Shown in pieces: positions 1 to 7,800 of a stretch of 32,000 nt of DNA. The position numbers and the translations under genes were made by a program. Origin of the DNA: an uncultured bacterium (lineage in GTDB: Bacteria > GCA-001730085); contig CAZMGY010000003.1 in NCBI GenBank assembly GCA_964565945.1, positions 43,680-75,679 of the forward strand. Reading direction: 5' to 3'. Each line of letters starts with the position of its first letter. Within the stretch, counting starts at the first letter, position 1. The notes beneath the pieces were generated by a model. That model did not search any database and was not told the DNA's origin. It saw nothing but the letters and a program-made list of their open reading frames with translations.

Positions 1-68
1 GTGAAAAAGTTGTGGTGGCTTCGGTTCAAGAAGCGAGAACCATTAAGGCAATGTGTCCTTACCTCTAG
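1..68 (+). CDS. rpmI: 50S ribosomal protein L35, C-terminal end only (gene begins left of the window)
   Basis: The frame beginning at nt 3 reads EKVVVASVQEARTIKAMCPYL, then TAG at 66-68. The tail ending in PY(L) and the position directly upstream of rplT fit the conserved rpmI-rplT pair. Only 21 codons are visible. Confidence 0.5.
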   Translation, partial: EKVVVASVQEARTIKAMCPYL

Positions 69-121
69 ACTGTGTCGACCAGGTTTTAAAATAAGACCCT
101 TTGCAAGCAAGGAGAAAAACA

Positions 122-481
122 ATGCCCAGATCAACCAATGCGGTGGCTTCGCGTCGCCGTCGGAAACGTGTGCTTAAAAAAGCGAAAGGTTATCGCGGAG
201 GCCGTAGTCGCTTGTTTCGTACGGCTGTCGAAGCGGTTCGTTGCGGGATGGCGTATTCGTTTGCGCATCGTCGTAAGAAAAAAGGTGACTTTCGTTCCCT
301 ATGGGTTACGAGAATCAAAATTGCGGCCAATCAACGGGGTTTGAGTTATAACCGTTTGATCCATGGTCTTGCTCAAGCCAATATTGCCCTCAATCGTAAG
401 ATGTTGGCGGATGTTGCTGTCAATGACCCTAAAGGATTTGATTTAATTGTTGAGCAAGTGCAAGCCTCTCTTGCGGCTTAA
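122..481 (+). CDS. rplT: 50S ribosomal protein L20
   Basis: ORF-track frame 101-481. The likely start is ATG 122, preceded by AGGAG at 110-114 with a 7-nt spacer. The product (MPRSTNAVASRRRRKRVLKKAKGYRGGRSRLFR...GDFRSLWVTRI...LNRKMLADVAV) is a full-length L20. Confidence 0.95.
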   Translation: MPRSTNAVASRRRRKRVLKKAKGYRGGRSRLFRTAVEAVRCGMAYSFAHRRKKKGDFRSLWVTRIKIAANQRGLSYNRLIHGLAQANIALNRKMLADVAVNDPKGFDLIVEQVQASLAA

Positions 482-505
482 AGCAAAGCAAAAATAATCT
501 TATTT

Positions 506-541
506 GAAAAAGCCCCTGATATTATATTAGGGGCTTTTTTT
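506..541 (+). terminator. Rho-independent terminator after rplT
   Basis: AGCCCCT (511-517) pairs with AGGGGCT (529-535) across an 11-nt loop. Flanking A-run and a T6 run (536-541) follow, 25 nt after the rplT stop. Confidence 0.8.
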
Positions 542-572
542 ATGGCATCAGTTATCATCAGTCATTTTAGAG

Positions 573-599
573 CCTTTTCAAGTTCTACAAACGGAATGA
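573..599 (+). repeat. Copy 1 of a 27-bp direct repeat in the purQ leader
   Basis: CCTTTTCAAGTTCTACAAACGGAATGA matches 728-754 (CCTTTTTAAGTGCTACAAATGGAATGA) at 24 of 27 positions. Both copies end in GGAATGA, which contains an ATG. Confidence 0.7.
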
Positions 600-605
600 T
601 TGTCT

Positions 606-767
606 ATGATTTCGTTAGTTTATGGTCGATATTTTGTCATCTCGCGGCTTGACCGCGGGATCAATATGTCCACGGCTTTTAACAAAGCAATCTCTTCCCA
701 AAGACGACTTAATTTAGGGTACAATAACCTTTTTAAGTGCTACAAATGGAATGAAAGAAAGTATTAA
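606..767 (+). CDS. 53-codon ORF abutting purQ (TAA 765-767, then ATG 769); possibly a degenerate purS, otherwise spurious
   Basis: Reads MISLVYGRYFVISRLDRGINMSTAFNKAISSQRRLNLGYNNLFKCYKWNERKY. It occupies the slot where purS precedes purQ in split-PurL organisms. Resemblance to PurS is only loose (LD.G...A..KA...LGY) and it is about 30 residues too short. Confidence 0.15.
   Translation: MISLVYGRYFVISRLDRGINMSTAFNKAISSQRRLNLGYNNLFKCYKWNERKY
728..754 (+). repeat. Copy 2 of the 27-bp direct repeat, overlapping the first ATG of the purQ ORF
   Basis: See copy 1. The ATG at 751 lies inside this copy. Confidence 0.7.
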
Positions 768-1449
768 GATGAGCAAAAAAGTGCGTTTTGGGATTGTTGT
801 GTTTCCTGGGTCAAATTGCGATAGTGATTGTTTTCATGTGATTCAAAATGTTTTAAAGCAAGAAGCGGTTTATTTGTGGCATAAAGATACGGATTTGCAA
901 AATGTTGATGCCGTAGTGTTGCCTGGGGGGTTTTCGTATGGGGATTATTTGCGTTGTGGCGCAATTGCCCATTGTTCGCCGATTATGGAGTCGATCAAAA
1001 CCTTTGTCGCCCAAGGTGGTTTGGTCTTAGGTATTTGCAATGGGTTTCAGGTATTGTTGGAAAGCGGTTTGTTGCCAGGTGCGATGAAACACAATACCTC
1101 CCGTAAGTTTATTTGCAAATATGTTGATTTGGTGGTCAATTATAATGAGACACCTTTCACCAATCAATATCAGGTGGGTGAGACCATTCGTATTCCCATT
1201 GCGCATAATGAAGGCAATTATCATCCTGTACCAGGTCAGGAGTCTTTGGCCGAGTCCAAGCGGTTGTTTGCGTATGCAGACAATCCCAATGGGGCGTATG
1301 CCGATATTGCGGGCTTAACCAACGAACAAGGCAACGTGCTTGGTATGATGCCGCATCCCGAGCGTTGCAGTGAGGCAGATTTATTGGGCGAAGATGGATT
1401 TAAGATTTTTCAAAGTATGGTTGTGCACTTGCAACGTGTTGCCGTGTGA
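751..1449 (+). CDS. purQ: Phosphoribosylformylglycinamidine synthase, glutamine amidotransferase subunit
   Basis: Motifs VFPGSNCD, the catalytic-Cys motif GICNGFQ, and MPHPER near the C-terminus. It sits immediately upstream of purL. The start could be ATG 769 (MSKKVRFGIVVFPGSNCD) rather than 751. Confidence 0.93.
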   Translation: MKESIKMSKKVRFGIVVFPGSNCDSDCFHVIQNVLKQEAVYLWHKDTDLQNVDAVVLPGGFSYGDYLRCGAIAHCSPIMESIKTFVAQGGLVLGICNGFQVLLESGLLPGAMKHNTSRKFICKYVDLVVNYNETPFTNQYQVGETIRIPIAHNEGNYHPVPGQESLAESKRLFAYADNPNGAYADIAGLTNEQGNVLGMMPHPERCSEADLLGEDGFKIFQSMVVHLQRVAV

Positions 1450-1479
1450 TTGAAGACGTTGTTGAGGGGATAAAACATC

Positions 1480-3705
1480 ATGAAAAAAATTACCCTTTCT
1501 AAAGAAATTATCGAAGGGCATGGACTGAGTAAATTGGAATACGAGTTGATTTTGAAACTTTTGGGGCGTGAACCGAATATTACAGAGCTTGGTATTTTTT
1601 CGGTGATGTGGTCGGAACATTGCAGCTATAAAAACTCGAAACCGCTTTTAAAACTGTTCCCAACACAGCATGAGCGTATTTTGATTGGAGCTGGCGAAGA
1701 AAATGCTGGAGTGGTTGATATTGGTGATGGCTGGGGCTTGGTGTTTAAGGTGGAATCGCACAATCATCCATCTGCGATTGAGCCATATCAAGGGGCTGCC
1801 ACGGGTGTTGGGGGCATTATTCGCGATATTTTTACGATGGGTGCTCGTCCGATTGCCTGTATGGACTCTTTGCGTTTTGGTTCCCTGAGCGATGAGCGAG
1901 TGAAATTTTTATTGAAAGGTGTGGTCGAAGGGATTGCTGGATATGGCAATTGCATTGGGATTCCAACGGTTGGTGGCGAAATTATGTTTGACGAATCCTA
2001 CCAAACCAATCCTTTGGTTAATGTGTTTTGCTTGGGTGTGGTGAAGCATGAAGACATTGCCCGTGGTGTGGCTTCGGGTGAAGGCAATCGAGTGCTTTAC
2101 GTAGGGCCTCCAACTGGACGTGATGGTATTCATGGGGCAACCTTTGCATCGGATGATTTGACTGAAAAATCCTCAGAAAAAAAATCCGCAGTGCAAGTGG
2201 GGGATCCCTTTATGGAAAAACTTTTACTCGAGGCGTGTTTGGAAGTGATTCAAAAAGGCCTTGTGGTGGGGATTCAAGATATGGGAGCGGCGGGCTTAAC
2301 CTGTTCGACCTGTGAAACGGCTAGTCGCGGGAACAGTGGTATTTCTATTGATGTGGCCAAGGTGCCTCAACGTGAAACGGGCATGACACCATATGAGATT
2401 ATGCTTTCGGAATCCCAAGAACGAATGTTATTGATTGTGGAACCTTCCAAAGTGAAGGATGTGCAAGCCGTGTTTGAGCGGTGGGATTTGTATGCTGAGG
2501 ATATTGGGCAGGTCCAAACTGGAGATCGGATGAAAGTGTTTAACCATGGTGAATTGGTGGCCGATATGCCAGTGGACGCCTTGGCGGAAAAAGCACCTAT
2601 GTATGTGCGCGAAGAGGAAGAGCCCGCTTATTTGAAAGATTTACCTCAAGTGGATGAGGCAAAAGTGGCTCAAAAGCAAGATTATGAAGCATCGATTAAA
2701 CAATTGTTGGCTGTGCCTAATATTGCCAGCAAGGCTTGGGTCTATGAGCAATATGATCATATGGTAGGCACGAATACCGTGTCTTTGCCAGGCTCGGATG
2801 CGGCGGTGATTCGGGTTAAAGATACCGATAAATTGGTGGCGATGAAACTCGATGGACAAGGTCGCTACTGTTATGTTGATCCCTATGAAGGTGGCAAAAT
2901 AGCTGTGGCCGAAGCGGCCCGTAATGTGGTTTGTTCGGGGGCACGTCCGATTGCGGCGACCGACTGTTTGAATTTTGGAAATCCGATGCACCCCGAAGTA
3001 TTTTGGGTGTTTCATCGTTGTGTGGAAGGTTTGGCTGAGGCTTGCCGAAAGTTGGATACTCCGATCATTGGGGGGAATGTGAGTCTTTATAATCAAAACC
3101 CCGATGGTGCGATTTTCCCGACACCGATTGTTGGTGTTGTTGGTGTGATGAATGATGTTTCTCAGGTGCAACAACGTGTGAATACCCAGTGGTTCAAAAA
3201 CGAAGGCGATGTGATTATGCTTTTGGGTGAAACCAAAAATGAAATCGGAGCGAGTGAGTTTTACAAAACTGTTTTAGGTGAAACCGTGGGGCCTTGTCCT
3301 AAAATCAATCTGCAAGTCGAACATAATCTTTATGAAGCGGTGATTTCTGCGAGTGAGCAAGGTTTGTTGCAGTCGGCGCATGATTGCGCCGAAGGTGGTT
3401 TGGCGGTAGCCTTGGTCGAATCATGTATATCTGGTCCCGAAGCCTTGGGTGCGACGATCTCTTTTGCCGAATCCTTTGAGCCCAATGTACTGCTGTTTGG
3501 CGAAAGTCAAAGTCGGATTATTGTGTCTTGTCGTGCGAATGATGAAGCGACTCTGCATAACTTGTGCGAACAACACGGTGTTCCAGTTCAAAAACTAGGA
3601 CAGGTTGGTGGCGCACAGCTAACAATTAATGACTGGATCAGCTGTGCTGTGCAAGACTTGCAGACAATTTGGACCGAAAGTTTCGCATTATTATTGAATG
3701 CCTAG
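1480..3705 (+). CDS. purL: Phosphoribosylformylglycinamidine synthase subunit PurL (small, 741-aa form)
   Basis: Motifs [28 protein letters not shown], and the duplicated AIR-synthase-like halves typical of PurL. The length fits the split PurLQS type. Confidence 0.96.
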   Translation: MKKITLSKEIIEGHGLSKLEYELILKLLGREPNITELGIFSVMWSEHCSYKNSKPLLKLFPTQHERILIGAGEENAGVVDIGDGWGLVFKVESHNHPSAIEPYQGAATGVGGIIRDIFTMGARPIACMDSLRFGSLSDERVKFLLKGVVEGIAGYGNCIGIPTVGGEIMFDESYQTNPLVNVFCLGVVKHEDIARGVASGEGNRVLYVGPPTGRDGIHGATFASDDLTEKSSEKKSAVQVGDPFMEKLLLEACLEVIQKGLVVGIQDMGAAGLTCSTCETASRGNSGISIDVAKVPQRETGMTPYEIMLSESQERMLLIVEPSKVKDVQAVFERWDLYAEDIGQVQTGDRMKVFNHGELVADMPVDALAEKAPMYVREEEEPAYLKDLPQVDEAKVAQKQDYEASIKQLLAVPNIASKAWVYEQYDHMVGTNTVSLPGSDAAVIRVKDTDKLVAMKLDGQGRYCYVDPYEGGKIAVAEAARNVVCSGARPIAATDCLNFGNPMHPEVFWVFHRCVEGLAEACRKLDTPIIGGNVSLYNQNPDGAIFPTPIVGVVGVMNDVSQVQQRVNTQWFKNEGDVIMLLGETKNEIGASEFYKTVLGETVGPCPKINLQVEHNLYEAVISASEQGLLQSAHDCAEGGLAVALVESCISGPEALGATISFAESFEPNVLLFGESQSRIIVSCRANDEATLHNLCEQHGVPVQKLGQVGGAQLTINDWISCAVQDLQTIWTESFALLLNA

Positions 3706-3706
3706 A

Positions 3707-3730
3707 CCTTTTTGTAGGACGTGTAAGGTA
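3707..3730 (+). repeat. Left copy of an imperfect direct repeat bracketing the accessory segment
   Basis: CCTTTTTGTAG-GACGTGTA-AGGTA. The same three blocks recur at 8986-9009 as CCTTTTTGTAG-AGGTA-GACGTGTA. Confidence 0.5.
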
Positions 3731-4035
3731 TGAAGTATTTTGGTGGTATAAGTATAGCTTTGCTTGTGGTTAGTGTTGGATGTTCATCTCGAGCGATTTA
3801 TCGGCCATTGATCAATATTACTCCGTATCCACCGTCGCCAGAAAAAACCTTTGAGTTGCAGGTTAAAGAGGATGCTTCTCCTGTGAGTCCGATTGAGCCT
3901 TTTCGCTTGAGAACAATGTATGGAGGCTACGATCACTCGTCTAATCTGATCAAGAGTACGTTTGGTTATGGCGTTCGTTTGAAAGGAAAACGTGATCATA
4001 CAGGGATTGACTTTGTGGCACCGATCGGTGTTTAG
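3730..4035 (+). pseudogene. Truncated M23 (LytM-type) metallopeptidase lipoprotein; only the N-terminal 101 codons remain
   Basis: It has a signal/lipobox-like N-terminus (ALLVVSVGCSS). It runs into the first M23 zinc motif (DHTGIDFVAPIGV) and then stops. The GTPV...HxH part of the domain is absent, and the stop overlaps the 3' end of the convergent gene by 4 nt. Confidence 0.6.
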
Positions 4036-4526
4036 GCTTTTTGGAGTTGGGTCCACTTTCTCAAGTGGTGTTGCATATAGGGCTGTTTCTTGGGATCGAA
4101 ATAAGTGAGGACCAAATCACCCTGTTCAAGTCTTTCGAGGTATTTGGGCTCTGTCCCTAGGCGACTTTGTGTGACATAAGAAATCGAAATCTGAGTGCTA
4201 TCTTTTTTGCTGCGCACCACATTGAGAATGCCTGCTTGAGGAAAGGCATAGGTTGTATTGAGGGGAATGTTGTCAAAAATCATCACACTCATATTGTCTA
4301 AAGGTTTATCGGTGGCATAATTTCGCATATATCCTTCGTTAGTGAACTCAAATAGTTGATAAGGGGCAAAAAGGATCAAATCTTTGGGCATATCGGGACG
4401 AATACCTTGAAAAACCATTTGCCAGCGCCCCTGGATATCTTCGGACTGAGCGGGACGAAAGCCTTCTTGAGCCCAAGCCGAACTGACCAAGAGACCGATC
4501 CAAAGTATAGAGCGCAAAAGCGACAT
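4032..4526 (-). CDS. Hypothetical secreted protein (164 aa)
   Basis: Clean signal peptide (MSLLRSILWIGLLVSSAWA/QEG). GAGGG lies 9 nt upstream of the ATG, with a TTGTCA-17-TAAAGT promoter upstream. No family recognised. Confidence 0.6.
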   Translation of the reverse strand: MSLLRSILWIGLLVSSAWAQEGFRPAQSEDIQGRWQMVFQGIRPDMPKDLILFAPYQLFEFTNEGYMRNYATDKPLDNMSVMIFDNIPLNTTYAFPQAGILNVVRSKKDSTQISISYVTQSRLGTEPKYLERLEQGDLVLTYFDPKKQPYMQHHLRKWTQLQKA

Positions 4527-4562
4527 GATGAGTAACCCTCATTAGTATTCAACACTGGGACT

Positions 4563-4591
4563 ACTTTAACATGATTGAATATACTTGACAA
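4563..4591 (-). promoter_or_regulatory. Putative sigma70-type promoter of the secreted-protein gene
   Basis: On the minus strand: TTGTCA (complement of 4586-4591), a 17-nt spacer, then TAAAGT (complement of 4563-4568). Its -35 overlaps the -35 of the divergent plus-strand promoter. Confidence 0.4.
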
Positions 4592-4634
4592 AGGATCGTG
4601 GGTTTATTATCGTAAATAGAAATATTTTCTATTT
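4585..4634 (+). promoter_or_regulatory. Putative promoter plus palindromic operator upstream of the Fur-family relic and the ATPase
   Basis: TTGACA (4585-4590), 17-nt spacer, TATCGT (4608-4613). This is followed directly by the perfect inverted repeat AAATAGAAA-TAT-TTTCTATTT (4614-4634). Confidence 0.45.
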
Positions 4635-4639
4635 AGGGA

Positions 4640-4885
4640 ATGGTGCTGGAGTATTTGATTCAGCAATTGCAACAATCGGATTAGAAAGTGACTCCTTGGC
4701 GCAAAGCCTTGCTGGCTCTTTTTAAGAGCCAGTCGAAAGCTTTAAGTGTCGGAGGGGTCTACCAGCATTTTAAGTAAAAATTTGATCCTGTTGGCTTGCC
4801 AAGTGTCTATCGTAATTTGGATGCTTTGTGTGATTTAGGTCTGTTATATGTCATGTGTTCCAATGACGGTCGCCATAAAGTGTAA
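4640..4885 (+). pseudogene. Fur/Zur-family transcriptional regulator relic (DNA-binding half only, two internal stops)
   Basis: Reads MVLEYLIQQLQQSD*KVTPWRKALLALFKSQSKALSVGGVYQHFK*KFDPVGLPSVYRNLDALCDLGLLYVMCSNDGRHKV*. This is collinear with the Fur winged-helix domain (GLKVTxxR..IL ... GLATVYRxL ... G). There are in-frame TAG 4682-4684 and TAA 4775-4777. The metal-binding/dimerisation half is missing. Confidence 0.75.
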
Positions 4886-7800
4886 TGTTGAAGGCCTCTG
4901 TGGGGATTGCAACGATGAATCGATATCTATTTAAAAAAATTAAGTGTCTTACGGCACTCATTCTTGTTCAGCTATTGGTGTGGCAGTCGGTGTCGTATGC
5001 GCTTAGTCCAGGCTCACATGTGGTGGATATGTATGCTGAGTTTCAGCATAAAGTGCAGCATGGAGTGCCATGGGCATTGATGAATCAGTCGGCGAAGGAG
5101 CATGCGCATGCTCCCGCAAAGCCCGAACAAAAACCTGTTCCTAAACACGAGCATAAACATGATCATAAGCATGAGTACAAAAAAGTTGAGACCCTTAAAT
5201 TATTTTATTCCATTCCCAGTGAATGTTTTGCTTTGGGTTTAGTTATTCTGGTGCTGGCAGTGGTCTTTACTGGAGGATCTTATTGGTTTTTAATGCTTGG
5301 TCTGCCTTTACTGATACAGGTGATATATGACATGGAAGTTACCTTAGAGCTTTATTGGAATAAGAGTGCTCTCAAAAAAGTCTATGATTTTATGCAAAAT
5401 AGTGCTGGGGTTGTGATTATTGCGATTGTGCTGTTTGGTTTGATGGAGATATTAGGCCACTTGGTGATGGTTGGTGCTGCGGCGACACCTCTTTTTTGGA
5501 CCTTCACGGTAATTTCTCTGATTGGAGTGATTGTTTATGCTCTTCCTGAGATGAACAATGGATGGAAGGCTGTTTTTAAAGCCATAGATTTTGGTCGTCA
5601 AGGCAAGAACCCCATGAGAGCCTTGGGTATGAGCTTTGTTCGGGGGTTTTCGCTATTTTTATTTATACTTTTACCTCTTTTGGGGATTGTTCATTTAAAC
5701 CTTGCCTTAGTGGTGTTAATTGCAGCGTCTGTCCAATTTGCTTATATTTTGAAACGTCAAGCTCGCGAATACCAAATGGAAGCCATGGGGCAGTTGAAAA
5801 ATCGAGAAATTCCCCGAAATATTGTGGTGGTGGCGCTGAATGGAGCAAAACTCCAGCAAAAAGTGATCCTGACCGAAGAAGAGGTTCAGGATATGTTAAA
5901 TCAAGGGATCGAGGTGACGGCTTATGTGGCTCAAAATACGTGGGTGCCTCGCATGGATGGTTTGATTGAAGCTGTAATCAATCAAAAGCAGGCCTATGTT
6001 GATGAGTCGGAGCTTAATGGGGAAGAGCAGCTTAAGCTAGTTAAGACCAGTGATCAAATCAAGGGAGGGACTTTTTTGACAGGAGCGCCTATTCATGTGC
6101 GCATTTTGCAGGTTGGCGAGCAAAGCGAAATTGGTCATATTGAATGCTCTCTCAAACGATTTAGCAGCAAAGGTGTGTCGCGAATAGAACGATTTTCTGA
6201 TAAGGTTGGGCAGTATTTTATCTACACCGTGTTCTTTTTTGCTATCGTTGGTTTTTTGGTGAGTTATTTGACTGTTGGCTCCATAACGACAGCATTAATT
6301 GGGGCTCTGACCGTCTTTGTAATCATATGTCCTTGTGCCTTTTTGATTGGGCAACCTTTAGCCTTTAGTGCTGCGCGCCAGAACTTGGCGGCGACGCATA
6401 AGATTAGCGTCAATGACGATCGTTCGTTTTTAGTGCCGCGTGTGATGGTGTTCGATAAAAGCAATACGATCACCGATGGGGTTGAAATTGATCGTGAGAA
6501 GCCTTGGGTGTCATTAGGTGCCGATATGGATGATGAAAAAGAGAAAGAGCGTATTTTGAAATGGGCCGCGATGGCTGAGTACCCTTATGCACAAAATCAG
6601 TATGCTCAAGAGGTGATTGAGTTGGCAATTCACCATGGTGCCACAGACCGTTTAAAGTTGGAAAATCATAAGAATTCTGTGAAAAGTCAGATTTATGAGA
6701 GTGGCAAAGGTCTTAAAGCGATCATCAAGGAACCTCATTATGGACATGCTCATGATCAGGAGGTTTACTTGGGGAACTTAGAAACGCTTTTGACAATGGT
6801 GACCACAATTCCCGAAGAGCAACAGCAAGCTTTGCGCAGACAAGTGGATGAAGTTGTTAATGCTGATTCGGACCAGGTTGTTACACCGATTGTGATGTAC
6901 GATATTACTCATGAGAAGCCTTTGCTCGTTTTTCGGATTATTAATCGAATTCGTCCCAAGGTGAAAGAATTTTTGGAGGATTACCGCAACATAGCGAAGC
7001 GCAATCCTTATTACACTTTTTTAAATGGAGTGTCACGTTTATTGTTCCGAACAGATTCTTTTCCTTCACAAACTTTGGCAGTGGTGGCATCGGGTGACCG
7101 CAAAGAAGCAGTTCGAAAAATTGTTAAAAAAATAGATATCAAGTTAGCTTTGGCCGAAGTGAGCCCTTCGGAAAAAGCTTTGTTTGTGTTACTGCTTAAA
7201 CATGGTGGATGGCTTGGAAAGTTCCAAAAAGATTTGGAAAAACGAAAGGATCCCCTGATTTTAACCTATCAAGAATTTCGCACCTATCTTATGGACAAAA
7301 GGTATGCCACGAAGAAAGAGGTTAATGACCTTGAGCAAATTTATCTTAAAGAGCATCAAGGGCCCGAAGATCATGCTTTAAAAACCAATGTGGTTTTCTT
7401 TATGGGCGATGGTAGCAACGACCGTCAGGCCATGCAAGTGGCTCATGCGGGAATTTCGTTCAATGGAGCACGTTCGGTTGGGCAGGGAGATATTCTTTTG
7501 GGAGCCGACAAAAAAGAGCAACCGCTTTTTTCACAGGTTAGTTATATTATAAAAACTTTTCGGCGCACCTATGGCATCATTCTAACCAATATTTTCTTGA
7601 TAGCCTTTGTTTGGAATATTGTGATACTCACTTTGATTTTTGCAGGAGTGTTAGGACCAGGGTGGGCGGCTCTAATGCATGCTTTGAATACGCTATTTGT
7701 TGTGATTTTGGCAATGAAACTAATGGCGAAACCCAAAGAATTTTTTAAACAAGAGTTTAAAAATATGTTTAAAGGTAAGGTATCTCATGTCGATAAGGAG

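Noticed and set aside
138-344. 68-codon plus-strand ORF overlapping rplT in another frame.
   Set aside because: It is nested in the L20 coding frame, which is unambiguous, and has no independent signal.
542-750. Purine or ZTP riboswitch upstream of purQ; also checked upstream of purM (9165-9246).
   Set aside because: I could not find the conserved cores (the purine-aptamer junction with its loop-loop pairing, or the ZTP GGGUCGUGAC ... CCGCCUGGGC elements). A covariance-model scan would be decisive.
2641-3174. 177-codon minus-strand ORF inside purL. Similar antisense ORFs include 1909-2133, 9391-9771, 12228-12728, 13077-13481, 16528-16942, 22706-22981 and 25120-25449.
   Set aside because: All lie wholly inside well-supported genes on the opposite strand or in another frame. 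Their composition is low-complexity and skewed (His/Asn/Arg/Ile-rich), typical of shadow ORFs, and they lack an SD or any family motif.
4016-4033. TGGCAC-N5-GGTG resembling a sigma-54 -24/-12 element. A near-identical string occurs at 25611-25628.
   Set aside because: The -12 part is GGTG, not TTGC. Both copies are inside coding sequence that encodes similar peptides (VAPIGV / VARIGV), so the similarity is coding coincidence.
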